A stretch of 64,000 bases of DNA from the NCBI GenBank assembly GCA_035543375.1, contig DASZZF010000010.1, positions 48,032-112,031 on the forward strand. Direction: 5' to 3'. Made by a program: the position numbers and the translations under genes. Numbering within the stretch: the stretch's first letter is position 1; each line of letters begins with the position of its first letter. Origin of the DNA: Candidatus Limnocylindria bacterium. GTDB taxonomy: Bacteria > Chloroflexota > Limnocylindria > P2-11E. The notes under the pieces are model-generated. The model worked only from the letters and a program-made list of their open reading frames with translations. It was not told the DNA's origin and ran no database searches. Shown here piece after piece: positions 60,803 through 64,000 of this stretch.

Positions 60803-61279
60803 ATGGCCAATCGGAGCGTCAAAGAAGCCCCCGGTCGGCCGCTTGGGCCGATGGCCGTGCGCTCGACGCTGGACTCGCATCCGGCGTGGAAGGTCCGTGA
60901 GGTGCTCCGCGGGCTCCCGACCGCGACCGGCTACCGGGTCTCGGTGAAGCCACTTCGCTACCGGACGCGGCCCCACCTCGTCGCCTTCACCTTCTGGGAT
61001 TCGCCGGAGATGCTCATCCAGGTCCCCGAGCCCTGGGAGCCGTTCAGCGAGCTCGTCGATCTCGGGTCGCGGGGCACGCCGCTCGTGCACTTTCGTACCC
61101 GGCGCGAGGTCATCCGGTTCCTCTACCTTCACGAGTTCTGCCACTGGTGGCTGTACCTCACGCACGGTTGGGGTACATCGGCCGAGGTCCTGTGCGATCG
61201 CTACGCGTTCGCGAACTTCCGCAAACGCGGGCCCGTCGCGCCGCCCGCCTGGCGGCGCCCGCGGGAGCGCGCCGCCTAG
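60803..61279 (+). CDS. hypothetical protein of about 158 aa with an HExxH motif (HEFCH)
   Basis: Only the 3' part of ORF 60272..61279 looks protein-like (…LIQVPEPWEPFSELVDL…FLYLHEFCHWWLYLTHGWG…). Start candidates are ATG at 60770, 60803 and 60851. It is divergent from the trp leader. Confidence 0.5.
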   Translation: MANRSVKEAPGRPLGPMAVRSTLDSHPAWKVREVLRGLPTATGYRVSVKPLRYRTRPHLVAFTFWDSPEMLIQVPEPWEPFSELVDLGSRGTPLVHFRTRREVIRFLYLHEFCHWWLYLTHGWGTSAEVLCDRYAFANFRKRGPVAPPAWRRPRERAA

Positions 61280-61320
61280 CTGCGCGAAGCCGACCGACCG
61301 TCGGCTAGGCTCCGCCCGGC

Positions 61321-63375
61321 ATGGGGACGCTCAATGTCGGACCGTTTCTGAGCCTGTCCCCGACGCTCCGCGAAGAGCTCGCTGCTGCCGGCGTCGCGAC
61401 CACCTTCGCGGCGGGCGACACGCTCGTCCACGAGGGCGAGCCGCCGGGCGACGTCTTCCTGCTCACAGCGGGACGGGTGCGCGTCACGACCGGCGATCGC
61501 CTGCGGACGCTGGCGACGATGAGCGCTCCCGCGCTCGTCGGCGAAATGGCGGTCGTGCTCGATCAGCCGCGCAACGCGTCGGTGGTCGCAGCCGGGCCGG
61601 TGCGGGCGCTGCGGCTGCCGCGCGAGGCGCTCGCGAGCGTGATCGCGGCGGCGCCCGGTTTCGCGAGCGAGCTGCGGGCATTCGCGGAGCTCCGGGCGGC
61701 GACCAACTTCCTCCGTCGCGATAGCCCGTTCGCGGACCTCCCCTCGGAGGCGATCGACGAGCTCGCCGCGAGCTGTAGCGCGGTGACCTTCGCCGACGGG
61801 GACGCGATCGTCCGCGAGGGCGAGCGTGGCGACGACGCCTACCTCCTGCGCAGCGGGGAGGCGGAGGTCGTTCGCCGGTCGGCGGGCGTCGAGCGTCACC
61901 TCACGACGCTGAGCGCGGGCGCGTTCGTCGGCGAGGTGTCGGCGTTGACCGGCGCGACCCGGAGCGCGACGGTCCGGGCGACCGGCCCCGTCAGCGCCTT
62001 CCGCATCAACGGCGAGGACGTGCGCCGGATCGTCCGCCGCTACCGCGCGGTCGTGACGCGGCTCGAATCGGCGATGCAGTCGAAGCACGCGCCGCGGCGA
62101 ACCGGTGCGGCCCGCGTGCGCGCCGCGCCGGACGACCCCGGTGCGGTGATCCTCCACGACTCCAGGAGCGGGACATACCTCCGCCTATCGACCCAGGGCC
62201 TCGCCATCTACGACGATCTGGACGGCGAACGCAGCCTGCGCGACATCGCGATGGCCCACGCCGGACGGACGGGGCTGGACGACCCGTCGACGGTGTACGC
62301 GACCGTCGCGACGCTCCAGGCGGCCGGCTTCGTGACGATGCCGCGCATCGCGAGCGAGCAGTCGGACGCGCGCGTCATGCGCGTCCTCGATCTCGTTCTC
62401 GCGCCGCGGATCGAGATCCGCGATGCCGATCGCGCGGCGGGCGCCCTGCATCGCGCGCTACGGCCCCTGTTCAGCCGCCCCGGCGCGGTCGTCTCGGTCG
62501 TCGTCGGCGTGGTCGGGTGCGGCTCGCTCGCGCGCACACTGCGCGATGCGTCCCCGGGCGACTTCGGGGTGGCGGGCCTGGCCGTCGCGTTCGCGGGCCT
62601 AGCGCTCGCCGGCGTCGGCCACGAAGCGGCGCATGCGATCGCCACGAAAGCAGAAGGCCGCCGCGTGGGCCGCGCCGGCATCGGGCTCATGGTGTTCACG
62701 CCGGTGATCTGGGTCGATACCTCGGACGCCTGGTTCATCCCCCGCACGCACCGCGCGGTGGTGAACGCGGCCGGTCCGCTCTTCAACTTCGCGCTGGCCG
62801 GCGCCCTCGGCCTGCTCGCGACCGTCACCAGCGGCCACGCCCAGGATCTGGCGATCTGGCTGGCGGTCGCGAATCTGGTCAGCGTGGTCTTCAACCTTTC
62901 GCCGCTCCTCGAGTTCGACGGCTACTACGTGCTATCGGATCTGGTGAACGTGAACGCCCTCCGGCGGAAGGCGCTGCGCTTCGTCTTCGCCGACCTCATC
63001 AAGCGGCCGCGCCGCCCGGCGAGCCGGCTCGAGGCCGGATTCATCGCCTTCACCGCGGCCGCGGCGGCGTATGTGCTCGCCATGACGATCCTCGTGCTCT
63101 CCGGCGTGCCGACGCTCGTCGAAGGCATCCTGCCGGTGTTCATTGCGGGCCAGCTGCGCATCGCCGCGGGCGTCGCGATCGCGCTCGTCATGACCGGCCT
63201 CCTCGTGGCGCCGTTCGTGAGCGAGGTGCGCGCTGCGCGGGTGTCGCCGGAGCCTGACGACGACGCCCTCGCCGAACGGCTCGAGGAGCGGATGTCGAAG
63301 ACCGACCTGACGGCGGCCGTTTCGGCCAAGACGTCGAGCCCGGTCCTTCGGGCGCCATCCGAAGGCCGGCGCTAA
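61321..63375 (+). CDS. two cyclic-nucleotide-binding domains fused to an M50 (site-2 protease-like) membrane metalloprotease
   Basis: There are two CAP/cNMP-binding beta-barrels (…GEPPGDVFLLTAGRV…VGEMAV…RNASV and …GERGDDAYLLRSGEA…VGEVSAL…RSATV). They are followed by a TM region with HEAAHA (HExxH) and NLSPLLEFDGYYVL (the M50 NxxPxxxxDG motif). Confidence 0.8.
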   Translation: MGTLNVGPFLSLSPTLREELAAAGVATTFAAGDTLVHEGEPPGDVFLLTAGRVRVTTGDRLRTLATMSAPALVGEMAVVLDQPRNASVVAAGPVRALRLPREALASVIAAAPGFASELRAFAELRAATNFLRRDSPFADLPSEAIDELAASCSAVTFADGDAIVREGERGDDAYLLRSGEAEVVRRSAGVERHLTTLSAGAFVGEVSALTGATRSATVRATGPVSAFRINGEDVRRIVRRYRAVVTRLESAMQSKHAPRRTGAARVRAAPDDPGAVILHDSRSGTYLRLSTQGLAIYDDLDGERSLRDIAMAHAGRTGLDDPSTVYATVATLQAAGFVTMPRIASEQSDARVMRVLDLVLAPRIEIRDADRAAGALHRALRPLFSRPGAVVSVVVGVVGCGSLARTLRDASPGDFGVAGLAVAFAGLALAGVGHEAAHAIATKAEGRRVGRAGIGLMVFTPVIWVDTSDAWFIPRTHRAVVNAAGPLFNFALAGALGLLATVTSGHAQDLAIWLAVANLVSVVFNLSPLLEFDGYYVLSDLVNVNALRRKALRFVFADLIKRPRRPASRLEAGFIAFTAAAAAYVLAMTILVLSGVPTLVEGILPVFIAGQLRIAAGVAIALVMTGLLVAPFVSEVRAARVSPEPDDDALAERLEERMSKTDLTAAVSAKTSSPVLRAPSEGRR

Positions 63376-63926
63376 CCGAGGCCGGCGGAGGCCCGCTCGG
63401 CGTAGCGCGGACCCTTCGACGAGAGCACGCTCTCGACGACGGCGATCCGGTCCACCCGGCAGCGCAGCAGCGGCACCGCGAGCGAGTCGATGGCCGACGC
63501 GATCGCACGGGCGTCGTCCGGCGCGACGCGCTCCCGGACCCGCGCGAGCGTGAGATGCGGCGCGAACGGTCGGTCGTCGAACCGCAGCCCCCGTTCCCGC
63601 AGGGCGCCGGTGACCGCGGCTGCCAAGACGGCCAGCTCGCTCGCGCCTGATCCGGCGCCAAGCCAGGCGACCCGGGGCCGGCCAGACGGGGGAAAGCGTC
63701 CGGGGCGGTCGAAGGACAGCTCGAATGGCCTCTGACCGGTGGCCGTGGCGACGCTCGCCGCGACAGCGTCGGGCAAGCGCTCGTCCGTGATCCAGCCGAG
63801 GAACGCGAGTGTCACATGCATCAGATCCGGCCGCACCAGCGTGAGCCCGGGCTGCGCTGCCGGCAGGAGCGCGGCGGCGCGCAGGCAGAGGTCCAGCGGT
63901 AATGGGACGGCGATGAACAGCCGCAT
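63372..63926 (-). CDS. thpR: RNA 2',3'-cyclic phosphodiesterase (ThpR/LigT, 2H family)
   Basis: MRLFIAV start and two HxT/S motifs (HVTLAFLG and HLTLARV). 184 aa. Confidence 0.85.
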   Translation of the reverse strand: MRLFIAVPLPLDLCLRAAALLPAAQPGLTLVRPDLMHVTLAFLGWITDERLPDAVAASVATATGQRPFELSFDRPGRFPPSGRPRVAWLGAGSGASELAVLAAAVTGALRERGLRFDDRPFAPHLTLARVRERVAPDDARAIASAIDSLAVPLLRCRVDRIAVVESVLSSKGPRYAERASAGLG

Positions 63927-63949
63927 CGCGGCAGATCAGGCAGGGCCGG

Positions 63950-64000
63950 TTACAGGGCGGCGGCCTGCACCTGGTCGGAGATCAGGAGGACCATGAACGC
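63950..64000 (-). CDS. 3' end of an unidentified CDS (partial, runs off the window end)
   Basis: The minus-strand frame is open from 64000 to TAA at 63952-63950 (...FMVLLISDQVQAAAL*). It is too short to identify. Confidence 0.3.
   Translation of the reverse strand, partial: AFMVLLISDQVQAAAL

Overview
This 64 kb window is about 70% GC and very gene-dense. It looks like core chromosome from a high-GC monoderm-type bacterium. The synteny blocks point to Chloroflexota or a deep Actinomycetota-like lineage, but I cannot assign a taxon from sequence alone. Those blocks are hom-ask-asd, miaA-dapF-hflX, recA-recX, rny-ymdB-PHP, and rpsB-tsf-pyrH-frr-uppS-cdsA-dxr-rseP...ispG...proS. A T-box leader and an Flp pilin fit the same picture.

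I support about 65 CDS, almost all housekeeping. Many neighbours are translationally coupled through ATGA/GTGA/TGATG overlaps. I found no rRNA, tRNA, CRISPR array or bounded mobile element. Most other ORFs in the six-frame track are Arg/Pro/Gly/Ala-rich reading-frame artefacts of the GC content, either antisense or upstream read-through.

I do not see a clear multi-gene novel system. The observations most worth follow-up are:
1. A complete Trp-specific T-box riboswitch (specifier UGG, intrinsic terminator) heads a nine-gene, fully overlapping trpEGDCBA-aroH-DAHP synthase-tyrA supraoperon that lacks trpF.
2. A Cheo-type LexA box (CGAACGCACGTTCT) sits inside a TTGACA-18-TATCTT promoter. It lies 18 bp upstream of an ATP-dependent DNA-ligase-like gene whose catalytic motif I lysine and other catalytic residues are replaced.
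3. A four-module secreted repeat protein gene is broken by at least five single-nucleotide frameshifts.
4. A conserved hypothetical gene is split by an exact 10-bp tandem duplication.
5. In the DinG-type helicase-exonuclease, the Exo I motif is encoded upstream of any canonical start codon.
6. dapF carries an in-frame internal deletion of about 70 residues.
7. A site-2 protease is fused to two cNMP-binding domains.

All family calls come from motif recognition by eye. No database search was run.
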